Positions 47,376-56,014 of a stretch of 64,000 nt of DNA are shown one piece after another. The DNA is from Pseudomonadota bacterium (lineage in GTDB: Bacteria; Myxococcota; JACRCW01; JAFGSX01), in assembly GCA_043821645.1 (NCBI GenBank), contig JBDRCO010000037.1:224001-288000 (forward strand), written 5' to 3'. The position numbers and the translations under genes were made by a program. Every line of letters begins with the position of its first letter. Position 1 is the first letter of the stretch. The notes under the pieces were generated by a model. That model was not told where the DNA came from, made no database searches, and worked only from the letters and a program-made list of their open reading frames with translations.

Positions 47376-48290
47376 ATGTCCACCTCCCAGGATCGCAGCC
47401 CGCGCCGCCCCCGGCTCCCGGACTGGCTGCGCGAGCACAAGCTGAATCCGGGCGCGGGTCGTGCGGTTCGCCGCATGCTGCGCGCGGCGCAGGTGCACAC
47501 CGTGTGTGAGGAGGCGCGCTGCCCGAACCTTGGCCAGTGCTTCGAGCGAGGCACCGCGACCTTCATGATCCTCGGCGATCGATGTACCCGGGGTTGCCGC
47601 TTCTGCAACGTGCAGCGCGGTCTGGCAGAGGCTCCGGATCCGGATGAGCCTGCCAGGGTGGCGCGGGCGGCCCTGGCGCTCGGGCTCCGCCACGTCGTCG
47701 TCACCAGCGTCACTCGCGATGATCTCGAGGACGGCGGCGCGGATTCCTTTGCGCGTGTCCTGCACGCCTTGCGCGAGGCCCTGCCGCAGGCGTCGCTCGA
47801 GGTGCTGGTTCCGGACTTCCGGGGCGACCTGGACGCGGTGGCGACGGTGCTCCACGCCCGGCCAGATGTGTTCAACCACAACGTCGAGACCGTTCCCAGG
47901 CTCTATCCCCGGGTGCGTCCCGGGGCGGATTACGCCCGAAGTCTCGCCGTGCTGGCTCACGGGCAGTCGGTACAGGGACTGCTGGTCAAGAGCGGTCTCA
48001 TGGTGGGCCTGGGTGAGACGGACGAGGAGATCGCATCGGTGCTGGGGGATCTGGCTGCCGTCGGGGTGCAGGTGGTGACCATCGGGCAGTACCTGCAACC
48101 GCGCCTCGACGCCCTGCCGGTGGAGCGCTACGTCGCTCCCGAGCACTTCGAGCACTACCGGGAGCTCGGACGTCGCGCGGGTCTGCTCGAGGTCTTCGCG
48201 GGCCCTTTCATTCGCTCGAGCTACCTCGCCGACGAGCTCCGGCAGCGAGCACGCGAACCCCAGCCGGGAGCACAGCATGACGAGGCCTGA
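47376..48290 (+). CDS. lipA: Lipoyl synthase (alternative start GTG 47349)
   Basis: CEEARCPNLGQC, CTRGCRFC, TSVTRDDL.DGGA, NHNVET, KSGLMVGLGE, RSSY. Confidence 0.97.
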   Translation: MSTSQDRSPRRPRLPDWLREHKLNPGAGRAVRRMLRAAQVHTVCEEARCPNLGQCFERGTATFMILGDRCTRGCRFCNVQRGLAEAPDPDEPARVARAALALGLRHVVVTSVTRDDLEDGGADSFARVLHALREALPQASLEVLVPDFRGDLDAVATVLHARPDVFNHNVETVPRLYPRVRPGADYARSLAVLAHGQSVQGLLVKSGLMVGLGETDEEIASVLGDLAAVGVQVVTIGQYLQPRLDALPVERYVAPEHFEHYRELGRRAGLLEVFAGPFIRSSYLADELRQRAREPQPGAQHDEA

Positions 48291-49362
48291 TCCCGGTGGC
48301 GCTCAGCGCCCCGCGGCGTTCGCGCACCATGCGCGGTGCGGTCGCGTGTTCGCACCCTGGCTGCTCGTGCTTTCGCTGCTGTGTTCGAGTTGTGCGTCGT
48401 CGCCGGAGCCGCGCCAGGACCCCGTGCCCGTGGTCGACCAGGCTCAGGCAACACCCGCCACCGCCAGCGGCGAGGACCAATCTGTGATGGTGGCACCCGT
48501 GGGCTCTCCCGAGGAACCGGCGGCAGGCGAGGCGCGTCACCTGGCCGAGCTCAGACAGCTGACCTCGACCGGTCGCAACGCGGCGGCGCGCTTCGCCGGC
48601 GATGGATCCTCGCTGGTCTTCGTGACACTGCGTGCTCCGGTCCCCTACCAGCGGCTGGTGCAGATACAGCTCGGCGGCGACGGCGAGGAGATCGTGCCCA
48701 TACCTGGACGGCCCGGCTTGCAGGGTGTGAGCCTGGTGGAGGGCGGGCTGATCGTGGTGCTGGGTCAGGACCTCGGTCCTGCGCCGCGGGGGGTCCTCGA
48801 GATCCTGGCCGAGGGCGCTGCAAAGCCCCTCGTGGCGGCCAGCGAGACCCTCGACGTGGCCGACCTTGCCGTGGCGTGGGGGAGCCGCGAGCTGTTCTTC
48901 AGCGCACGTCGTGACGGACGGCGAGCTCTGTTCGTGGCCAGGCTTGACGGGAGCATGCTGACGCGCCTCACCGATGGGACCTTCGAGGACGCCTGGCCCG
49001 CCCCCACGCCCGACGGCACGCAGGTCGCCTTTCGGCGCGAGCTTGAGGAGGAGCACAGCGAGATCTTCCTGCTGGAGCGGAGCAGCGGCGCGATCCGGCC
49101 ACTGACCGGACTCGGTGGGCGAAACTGGACTCCGGCCATGCATCCCTCCGGGGAGCAGGTGGTCTTTGGGTCTGGCTACTACGGGGAGCGGGATCACGAG
49201 CTGATGGTGGTCAGCACCCGTGGACTGCAGGTGGAGCGGGTGACCCAGGCTTCGGGCTTCGACGGCCAGCCCTGCTTCGACCCGCGCGGCGAGATCCTGG
49301 CGTGGACCTCCTCGCGCCAGGGAGGTGTGCCCCAGGTCTGGGTCGCGCGCTGGCTGCGCTGA
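48277..49362 (+). CDS. TolB-like / PD40 beta-propeller lipoprotein
   Basis: Repeats RQLT...F..DG, PAPTPDGTQVAF, PAMHPSGEQVVF, PCFDPRGEILAWTSSR; Cys after a hydrophobic leader. Confidence 0.8.
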   Translation: MTRPDPGGAQRPAAFAHHARCGRVFAPWLLVLSLLCSSCASSPEPRQDPVPVVDQAQATPATASGEDQSVMVAPVGSPEEPAAGEARHLAELRQLTSTGRNAAARFAGDGSSLVFVTLRAPVPYQRLVQIQLGGDGEEIVPIPGRPGLQGVSLVEGGLIVVLGQDLGPAPRGVLEILAEGAAKPLVAASETLDVADLAVAWGSRELFFSARRDGRRALFVARLDGSMLTRLTDGTFEDAWPAPTPDGTQVAFRRELEEEHSEIFLLERSSGAIRPLTGLGGRNWTPAMHPSGEQVVFGSGYYGERDHELMVVSTRGLQVERVTQASGFDGQPCFDPRGEILAWTSSRQGGVPQVWVARWLR

Positions 49363-49454
49363 GGGCGAAGCGTGGATCCGGATCGGCACGCCGGATCCAG
49401 ACCCATGTGGATACTATGCGCTGGTGGGATGACAGACTTCTATCGAGGTGTGGA

Positions 49455-52097
49455 ATGAAATGGAATGTGGGCAAGGGGCTCGTGCTCGGTCTCCTCGGCG
49501 TGCTGACGGTCGTTGCAGGATGTGACGGTTGTGGTGGCGAGACCGTGACCGTTTGCACTTCGGACGACGACTGCAAAGACGGCGCCTGCGTCAATGGCGA
49601 GTGTCGACCGCGCAGTGCTGGCGTCGACGCTGGCGCGATCGATACCGGCGTGGTGCACAGCGACGCCGCCCAGGCCGATACCTCCAGTCCAGACACTGCC
49701 AGTCCTGACACCTCCAGGCCTGACACCGCAGTCCCGGACAGTGCCCGAGCCGACACCGCGCAGCCGGACGCCGCCACGCCCGATCTGGGTGGTTCGGACC
49801 AGTACAGCGATGGTGACAACGACGGCGTGGACGACGCGGTGGACAACTGCCCGGGTGTGGCGAATCCACTGCAGGAGAACGCTGACGGCGACGCCCGGGG
49901 CGACGCCTGCGACAACTGCCGCTATGCGTCCAACGACAACCAGGCCGATTCCGACTTCGATCATGTGGGCGACGCCTGCGACAACTGCATCAACGCAGCC
50001 AACCCCACCCAGACCGACAGCGACCTGGACGGGCAAGGCGATAGCTGCGATTCCAGCAACGACACCATCCGTACCGGTGGCGCGACCCATGCCTGCCTGC
50101 AGGACCCCTCTCTGGGCTCCCTGGAACCCGAGCCCGAGCTGAGCTGGACGGGCTCGGTCAGCGACGTGCCCGAGAGCAACCAGGTCATGATGACGCCCTC
50201 GGTTGCGGATCTGGATGGCGACGAGGCACCGGAGATCTTCTTCATCAGCTTCGAGCCCTACATCGGCGCCAGCGGCGACGTGTACAACCCGACCCTGTAC
50301 GGCATGCGCAAGGGCGTGCTGCGCGCATTGCACGGCGCCACCCAGACCGAGGTGTTCGCAGTTCCCACCGATAGCCTTGGTAATCCAATCTACCTGGCGC
50401 CAGCCTCCAACCTGGCCCTGGGCGATCTCGACGGCGACAACAGGCCCGAGATTGTGGCCGTGCGCAAGGCCAGCGGCCAGGTGGGCCTGGTCGCCTTCGA
50501 CGGGGACGGCAGCGTGTTGTGGGACTGCACCGACGGCACCGCGACCGCCTGCGATGCCGACACAGGCCAGCCCCACATCTGGGGTGGGCCAGCCCTGGCA
50601 GACCTGGACCAAGACGGGCAGCCCGAGATCCTGTACGGCAACCAGGTCTTCGATCGCAATGGCCTGCGCCTGTGGCGAGCGCCGGATGCCGCGATGGGGC
50701 AGGGCGACTCGGTGCTGGTCAACGAGACCAGCTGGAACACCACACCCGTGGGGGCGCTGTCGCACGCCGCGGACATCGACGACCCGCCCGACGGCAAGCT
50801 CGAGATCATCGCCGGCAACACCGTGTTCACGATGGGTACCGGCCTCACCGACTGGAGTGTGAAGACCGGCTTCGATCACCACGTTCGCAGCGGTAGCCCG
50901 GCCAAGCCGAGGCTCTGGGACGGTCTGGGTGCCGTGGGCGACTTTGACCTGGACGGCGTACCCGAGCTCATCCACGTGGCCCAGGAGAGCGTGGCCATCC
51001 TGAGCAACGACGGCAGCATCGTCAGCGAGATCGCCATCCCGCGCGGCCAGCGCAGCCTGTTCTCGGCGGGTGGCGCACCGACGGTGGCCAACTTCATCGA
51101 CGACGACGACAACCCCGAGATTGGCGTGGCCGGCCGCGAGCTGTACGTGATCTTCGACGTGAACCCGGGCACCTTGCAGCTCAGCGTGGCCGCCCAGTTC
51201 GCGACCCAGGAGTTTTCGTCCAGCCGCACCGGCTCCAGCGTGTTCGATTTCGACGGCGATGGCTCGGCCGAGGTGGTCTACAACGACGAGTGCAGCCTGC
51301 GCATCCTGCACATCGACGCCGCCAACACCAACCCGGTGACCCGGGTGCAGGTGGTGTACGAGACCCAGAACAGCAGCTTCACCACCTTCGAGTACCCCGT
51401 CATCGCCGACGTCGACGGCGACGGCAACGCCGAGATCGTGGTCTGCGCCAATGACTTTGGCCGCACCACCTTGCCCCCCACGGACCTCCCGACCTACGAC
51501 ACGGTGATTCCCTACTACTGCGCCAGGGACAACCCGAGTTATCAGGTACGCCACGGCCTGTTCGTCTATGGCGACCGCAACGACACCTGGGTGCCCACGC
51601 GCACCATCTGGAACCAGCACACCTACCACGTCACCAACATCACCACGTCGGGTCGGGTGCCGCAGTGGGAGCAGCGTTCCTGGGTTGAACACAACACCTA
51701 CAGACTCAACAGCCAGGGCTCGACTGGCGGACCACCGGCTCCGGATCTGGCGCCGGGCTCCACCGCGACCCTGGCGCGCTGCCCGGTCGAGGTGCTCATC
51801 GGTGCGTGGGTCGAGAACCAGGGCGAGCTCTTCGTGCCCGCCGGACTCGAGGTGGCCTTTTACAATGGCGAGCCAACGCCCTCGAACACGGCCTTCGCGG
51901 TGGCGCAGACCGTTCATCGCCTGATGCCTGGCGAGTCCGAGCTGGTCAGCGTGGCCTGGTTGCCCCCGGCAGGTGGCGCCACCGTGGTGGTGCTGGTCGA
52001 CGACGACGGGACGGGAACGGGCACCGGCGCCCACAGCGAGTGTGGCAGTGGCGACGTCAGCAACAGGACCCAGCTTACCGTGGCCGCCTGTCCATAG
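49455..52097 (+). CDS. Surface lipoprotein/adhesin: EGF-like Cys motif, TSP type-3 repeats, FG-GAP/VCBS propeller, CARDB-like C-terminus
   Basis: SD GAGGTG; lipobox VAGC; DGVDDAVDNCP..AN..Q.N.DGD..GDACD repeats; ADLDGD..PEI repeats; WNQHTYH; PDL...VENQG...VAFY. Confidence 0.88.
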   Translation: MKWNVGKGLVLGLLGVLTVVAGCDGCGGETVTVCTSDDDCKDGACVNGECRPRSAGVDAGAIDTGVVHSDAAQADTSSPDTASPDTSRPDTAVPDSARADTAQPDAATPDLGGSDQYSDGDNDGVDDAVDNCPGVANPLQENADGDARGDACDNCRYASNDNQADSDFDHVGDACDNCINAANPTQTDSDLDGQGDSCDSSNDTIRTGGATHACLQDPSLGSLEPEPELSWTGSVSDVPESNQVMMTPSVADLDGDEAPEIFFISFEPYIGASGDVYNPTLYGMRKGVLRALHGATQTEVFAVPTDSLGNPIYLAPASNLALGDLDGDNRPEIVAVRKASGQVGLVAFDGDGSVLWDCTDGTATACDADTGQPHIWGGPALADLDQDGQPEILYGNQVFDRNGLRLWRAPDAAMGQGDSVLVNETSWNTTPVGALSHAADIDDPPDGKLEIIAGNTVFTMGTGLTDWSVKTGFDHHVRSGSPAKPRLWDGLGAVGDFDLDGVPELIHVAQESVAILSNDGSIVSEIAIPRGQRSLFSAGGAPTVANFIDDDDNPEIGVAGRELYVIFDVNPGTLQLSVAAQFATQEFSSSRTGSSVFDFDGDGSAEVVYNDECSLRILHIDAANTNPVTRVQVVYETQNSSFTTFEYPVIADVDGDGNAEIVVCANDFGRTTLPPTDLPTYDTVIPYYCARDNPSYQVRHGLFVYGDRNDTWVPTRTIWNQHTYHVTNITTSGRVPQWEQRSWVEHNTYRLNSQGSTGGPPAPDLAPGSTATLARCPVEVLIGAWVENQGELFVPAGLEVAFYNGEPTPSNTAFAVAQTVHRLMPGESELVSVAWLPPAGGATVVVLVDDDGTGTGTGAHSECGSGDVSNRTQLTVAACP
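49662..49781 (+). repeat. Eight tandem degenerate 15-nt repeats encoding a D(T/A/S)xx(P/A) pentapeptide linker
   Basis: DAAQA DTSSP DTASP DTSRP DTAVP DSARA DTAQP DAATP. Confidence 0.85.
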
Positions 52098-52124
52098 ACC
52101 GATCTCAGTCGAGCCAGATCGAAC

Positions 52125-52204
52125 GGTGTGGGGCGCAGGGGCTAGGCGTTTTTTCGCAGCTTGCGAGAACGAAACGACTTGCCCCGTCGCGGGGGCCCCA
52201 CACC
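52125..52204. repeat. 80-nt long palindromic element between convergent genes (REP/MITE-like or bidirectional terminator)
   Basis: Perfect 10-bp outer arms GGTGTGGGGC / GCCCCACACC, inner arms GGGGC / GCCCC and TTTTCGCA / TGCGAGAA. Confidence 0.6.
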
Positions 52205-52261
52205 ACGCACTCCATGCGGATGCAATCGATCAAGCCTGCATGTCTGACCCGGGATTCGTGA

Positions 52262-53422
52262 TCAGGTCCGCAGGTTTTGCAGCCTGTCGCACGCTTGCTC
52301 CAGCGTCTCCAGGTTCTTGCAAAAGGCGATGCGGACGATCTGTCGCCCCTCGCGGCGACCCTCGTAGAACGCGCTGACCGGGATCGCGGCGACGCCATGC
52401 TTCTCGGGCAACATGCGGCAAAACGCGTCGTCGTCGTCGAAGCCGAGGCCGGCGATGCTGGCCGCGATGTAGTAGCTGCCCTGGGGATCCTGGAACTCGA
52501 AGCCCAGCTCGCGCAGGCGTCGGCACAGATAGCTGCGCTTGGCCGCGTAGCTGTCGCGCAGCGCACGGTAGTAGCTGTCGTCTAGGGCGATGGCCTGGGC
52601 CATGGCTTCCTGCAGGGGTGGGGGCGAGCAGAAGGTCACGAACTGGTGACTGGAGCGAATGGCGCGCGACAGGGCCGGGCTGGCCACGGCCGTGCCGATC
52701 TTCCAGCCTGTCATGCTGAAGGTCTTCGCTGTCGACGAGATGCACACGCTGCGCTCGCGCATGCCCGGCAGGGTGATCAGGGGCACGTGCTCGGCGCCAT
52801 CGTAGCACAGGTGCTCGTAGACCTCGTCGCACAGCGCGATGGCGTCGTGCTCCTGGCACAGGCTGGCGACGAGACCGAGCTCGGCGCGAGTGAACACCTT
52901 GCCGCAAGGGTTCATGGGCGTGTTGACGACGACCAGCCGGGTGCGGGACGAGAACGCTGCGCGCAGTGCCTCCTCGTCGAGGCTCCAGTCGGGGGCGCGC
53001 AGGGCGACCCTGCGCAGGGTGGCACCGGCCATGACGACGCTGGGCGGGTAGCTGTCGTAGCAGGGGTCGAATAGCACCACCTCGTCGCCGGCTTCGCACA
53101 GGCCCATGATCGACGAAAACAGCGCCTCGGTGCCGCCGGAGAAGATGGTGACCTCGTGCTCGGGGTCGACCTCGAGGCCGTAAAAACGCTGCATCTTGGC
53201 GGCGACGGCCTGGCGCAGAGCGGGCATGCCGTGGCTCGGCGCGTACTGGTTGTGACCATGCAGGATGTGCTCGCAGGCGACGCGCTTGATCTCCTCGGGC
53301 CCGTCGAAGTCGGGGTAGCCCTGGCTCAGATTGATGGCCTGGTGCTGGCGCGCCAGACGGGTGAACTCGGTGAACACCGAGGTGCCAAAGGGAGCCAGCC
53401 GGCGGGTCATGGGATCGCGCAT
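52262..53422 (-). CDS. Class I/II PLP aminotransferase (YbdL / methionine aminotransferase-like)
   Basis: AINLSQGYPDFDGP, NQYAP, NTPMNP.GKVF, DEVYEH, SSTAKTFSMTGWKIG, RIAFCK. Confidence 0.93.
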   Translation of the reverse strand: MRDPMTRRLAPFGTSVFTEFTRLARQHQAINLSQGYPDFDGPEEIKRVACEHILHGHNQYAPSHGMPALRQAVAAKMQRFYGLEVDPEHEVTIFSGGTEALFSSIMGLCEAGDEVVLFDPCYDSYPPSVVMAGATLRRVALRAPDWSLDEEALRAAFSSRTRLVVVNTPMNPCGKVFTRAELGLVASLCQEHDAIALCDEVYEHLCYDGAEHVPLITLPGMRERSVCISSTAKTFSMTGWKIGTAVASPALSRAIRSSHQFVTFCSPPPLQEAMAQAIALDDSYYRALRDSYAAKRSYLCRRLRELGFEFQDPQGSYYIAASIAGLGFDDDDAFCRMLPEKHGVAAIPVSAFYEGRREGRQIVRIAFCKNLETLEQACDRLQNLRT

Positions 53423-53532
53423 GTCTTCACCTCGGGGCCTGTCCAGGACCGGAACAGGTCTAGCGCGCTTGCCCGCCGCGGTCGATGGTGCGCTGCGTCG
53501 TGCGCGACCCGTCGCCAGGGTCCTCGTGCAAA

Positions 53533-53561
53533 TTGACGCCCGCTCCCGCCGCCGCTAGGGT
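53533..53561 (+). promoter_or_regulatory. Putative sigma70 promoter for the cNMP-binding gene
   Basis: TTGACG-17 nt-TAGGGT, 19 nt upstream of ATG 53581. Confidence 0.6.
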
Positions 53562-53580
53562 GCAGCCGGGGAACATCCGC

Positions 53581-54225
53581 ATGGCCGACGACCCTCTTTT
53601 TAAGCGCTTTGGCAAGGCCTTCCAGGCCGGCACCGTGCTGTTTCGCGAGGGTGAGCCTGGCAACGAGATGTACGTCGTGCAGTCCGGCAAGGTTCGCATC
53701 TCGGTCACGGTGCGCAAGGTGGAGAAGGTCCTGGTCGACCTGGGCGCAGGCGAGTTCTTTGGCGAGATGTCCATCCTCAACGGTGCACCGCGCTCGGCCA
53801 CGGCCACGGTGGTCGAGGACAGCACGCTGATGGTCATCGATCCCCGGACCTTCGACGCCATGGTGCGGGGCTCGGCCGAGATCGCGATCCGCATGATCAA
53901 GAAGCTGGCCGGCCGGCTGCAGGAAGCAGACGACCAGATTTCCAACCTCATGCTGCGCGACCACACCAGCCGCGTGGTGCACAGCATCCTGTCGCTGTGC
54001 CGGAAGGGACAGCAGGACGAGGGCGGCATCCGCATCCGCACCACCCCGGAGGACCTCGGCGCCAAGATCGGACTCGAGCGCGAACAGATTGACGCGGTGC
54101 TGCAGCGCCTTGATCGCGCCAACCTGGTGCTCGCCACCGACGATGGTTTGCACGTGTCCAGTGAGGATAGGCTGCGCGAGTTCCTGGGCTTTCTGGAGAT
54201 GAAGGAGAAGTTCGGGGACCTATAA
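53581..54225 (+). CDS. Crp/Fnr-like cyclic-nucleotide-binding protein with a C-terminal winged helix
   Basis: LFREGEPG.EMYVVQSGKV, GEFFGEMSIL.GAPRSATA; HTH-like TPEDLGAKIGL.REQI..VL.RL. Confidence 0.9.
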   Translation: MADDPLFKRFGKAFQAGTVLFREGEPGNEMYVVQSGKVRISVTVRKVEKVLVDLGAGEFFGEMSILNGAPRSATATVVEDSTLMVIDPRTFDAMVRGSAEIAIRMIKKLAGRLQEADDQISNLMLRDHTSRVVHSILSLCRKGQQDEGGIRIRTTPEDLGAKIGLEREQIDAVLQRLDRANLVLATDDGLHVSSEDRLREFLGFLEMKEKFGDL

Positions 54226-54348
54226 ATGCACGGCGGAGCGGACCGCTGCGGGCTATGCTGAGCGCTGCAGAGCACGTCCGTTCCGGAGGCCTCGCGCCTG
54301 CAGGGTCGCGCTCGGCGGACCACCAGGGCAGAAAAACGGGAGTGATGC

Positions 54349-55113
54349 ATGGAAGTTCGAGTGCTGGGCTGCCACGGCGGCGAGTCTCCGCAGCACCTGC
54401 CCACCAGTCTGCTGGTGGATGGGCACCTGGCGCTCGACGCCGGCAGCGTGTGCCGCTCGCTGTCCCTCGAGGCGCAGCTCCAGATCGAGGAGATCATCAT
54501 TGGTCACGCACACATGGATCACATCAAGGACCTCGCGTTGCTGGCGGAGCAGGGCGTGGGCCGGCGCACCAAGCCCATCGACGTTCACTGTGGCCCGGAC
54601 AGCGCGCGCGCGCTCAAACAGCACTTCTTCAACGATGTGGTGTGGCCAGACTTCACGGTCCTGCCCAGCAAATCCAAGCCCATGGTGCGCCTGCGCACCG
54701 AGCGCGCGGCGCGCAAGTTCAAGGCCTGTGGTCTCGACGTGACCATGATCCCGGTGCACCACCCGGTCGAGTCCATGGGGATGCTGGTGCAGCAGGGCCA
54801 GCGCGCGTTCGTGTATTCCAGTGACACCGGACCCACCGACAAGCTGTGGAAAGCCGCGGCCAAGGTCGAGGGCCTGGCAGCGGTGTTCCTCGAGCTGTCC
54901 TTCCCCAACAGCATGCAGGCCCTGGCCGACAAGGCCGGTCACCTGACGCCCTACTCGCTGGCTCTGGAGCTGCAAAAGCTGCCGGATCCTGCGGTGCCCG
55001 TTTTCCTGTATCACCTCAAGCCGTCGCACACGGTCGAGATCCGACGCGAGCTCAGGGCGCTCAGGCGTGACAACCTCAGCGTGCTGTCACCGGGCGACGT
55101 CATCGAGATATAG
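54349..55113 (+). CDS. Metallo-beta-lactamase-fold 3',5'-cyclic nucleotide phosphodiesterase (class II-like)
   Basis: VLGCHGGE, LDAGS, GHAHMDHI, HFFND.VWPDF, HPV, SSDTGPT, ELSFPN, GHLTP, YHLKP. Confidence 0.88.
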   Translation: MEVRVLGCHGGESPQHLPTSLLVDGHLALDAGSVCRSLSLEAQLQIEEIIIGHAHMDHIKDLALLAEQGVGRRTKPIDVHCGPDSARALKQHFFNDVVWPDFTVLPSKSKPMVRLRTERAARKFKACGLDVTMIPVHHPVESMGMLVQQGQRAFVYSSDTGPTDKLWKAAAKVEGLAAVFLELSFPNSMQALADKAGHLTPYSLALELQKLPDPAVPVFLYHLKPSHTVEIRRELRALRRDNLSVLSPGDVIEI

Positions 55114-55149
55114 CGCGCGATCCCGAGAGCCGGATCGTCGAGGTCATTC

Positions 55150-55998
55150 ATGGCGTGGTTCAGCAAGGTGGCGCCCGGTCCCAGGGGACCCGTCGAGACC
55201 AAGGTCAAGCTGCCCGAGGGTGGGCTGTGGGAGCGCTGCCCCTCGTGCAACGAGATCGTCTACAAGGATGAGAGGGAGAAGAACTTCCAGGTGTGCCCAC
55301 GCTGCACACATCACTACCGGGCCAGTGCTCGCCAGCGCCTACTGTGGACCTGTGACGCCGCCAGCTTCGTCGAGCATGACGCCAACCTGGCACCGTCGGA
55401 TCCGCTCGATTTCAAGGACAGCAAGCGCTACCGCGATCGCATCAAGGCGTCGCGCAAGGCCGGGCCCGAGGGCGAGGCCTTTGTCGGCGGCATGGGCAAG
55501 ATCCAGGGCATCCCGGTGAGCATCGGTGCCTTCGAGTTCTCCTTCATGGGTGGATCCATGGGCTCGGTGGTGGGCGAGAAGGTGGCGCGACTCTTCGATC
55601 GGGGTCGCGAGCACACCTGCCCGGTGATCCTGTTCTGTGCCTCGGGCGGCGCGCGCATGCAGGAGGGCATCCTGTCGCTGATGCAGATGGCCAAGACCAC
55701 CGCGGCCCTGGCCGCCTTCCGTGGCGTCAAGCAGCCCTACATACCCATCCTCACCGACCCCACCACCGGGGGTGTGGCGGCGAGCTTTGCCATGCAGGGC
55801 GACGTGTCCATCGCCGAGCCCAAGGCCCTGGTGGGCTTTGCCGGGCCGCGGGTGATCGAGCAGACCATCCGCCAGAAGCTCCCCGAAGGTTTTCAGCGCA
55901 GCGAATTCCTGCTGCAGCACGGCATGCTGGATCTGATCGTGCCCCGCCCCGAGCTGCCAGCGACCCTCGCCAGGCTGATCCGCCTGCTGGTCAACTGA
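55150..55998 (+). CDS. accD: Acetyl-CoA carboxylase carboxyltransferase beta subunit
   Basis: LWERCPSC...VCPRC zinc finger, FMGGSMGSVVGEK, SGGARMQEG, PTTGGV.ASFA, FAGPRVIEQT. Confidence 0.97.
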   Translation: MAWFSKVAPGPRGPVETKVKLPEGGLWERCPSCNEIVYKDEREKNFQVCPRCTHHYRASARQRLLWTCDAASFVEHDANLAPSDPLDFKDSKRYRDRIKASRKAGPEGEAFVGGMGKIQGIPVSIGAFEFSFMGGSMGSVVGEKVARLFDRGREHTCPVILFCASGGARMQEGILSLMQMAKTTAALAAFRGVKQPYIPILTDPTTGGVAASFAMQGDVSIAEPKALVGFAGPRVIEQTIRQKLPEGFQRSEFLLQHGMLDLIVPRPELPATLARLIRLLVN

Positions 55999-56014
55999 CC
56001 GCCGTTCACCTCGC

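Noticed and set aside
49662-49781. Regular repeats as a possible CRISPR array
   Set aside because: Degenerate in-frame 15-nt coding repeats without spacers; no cas genes.
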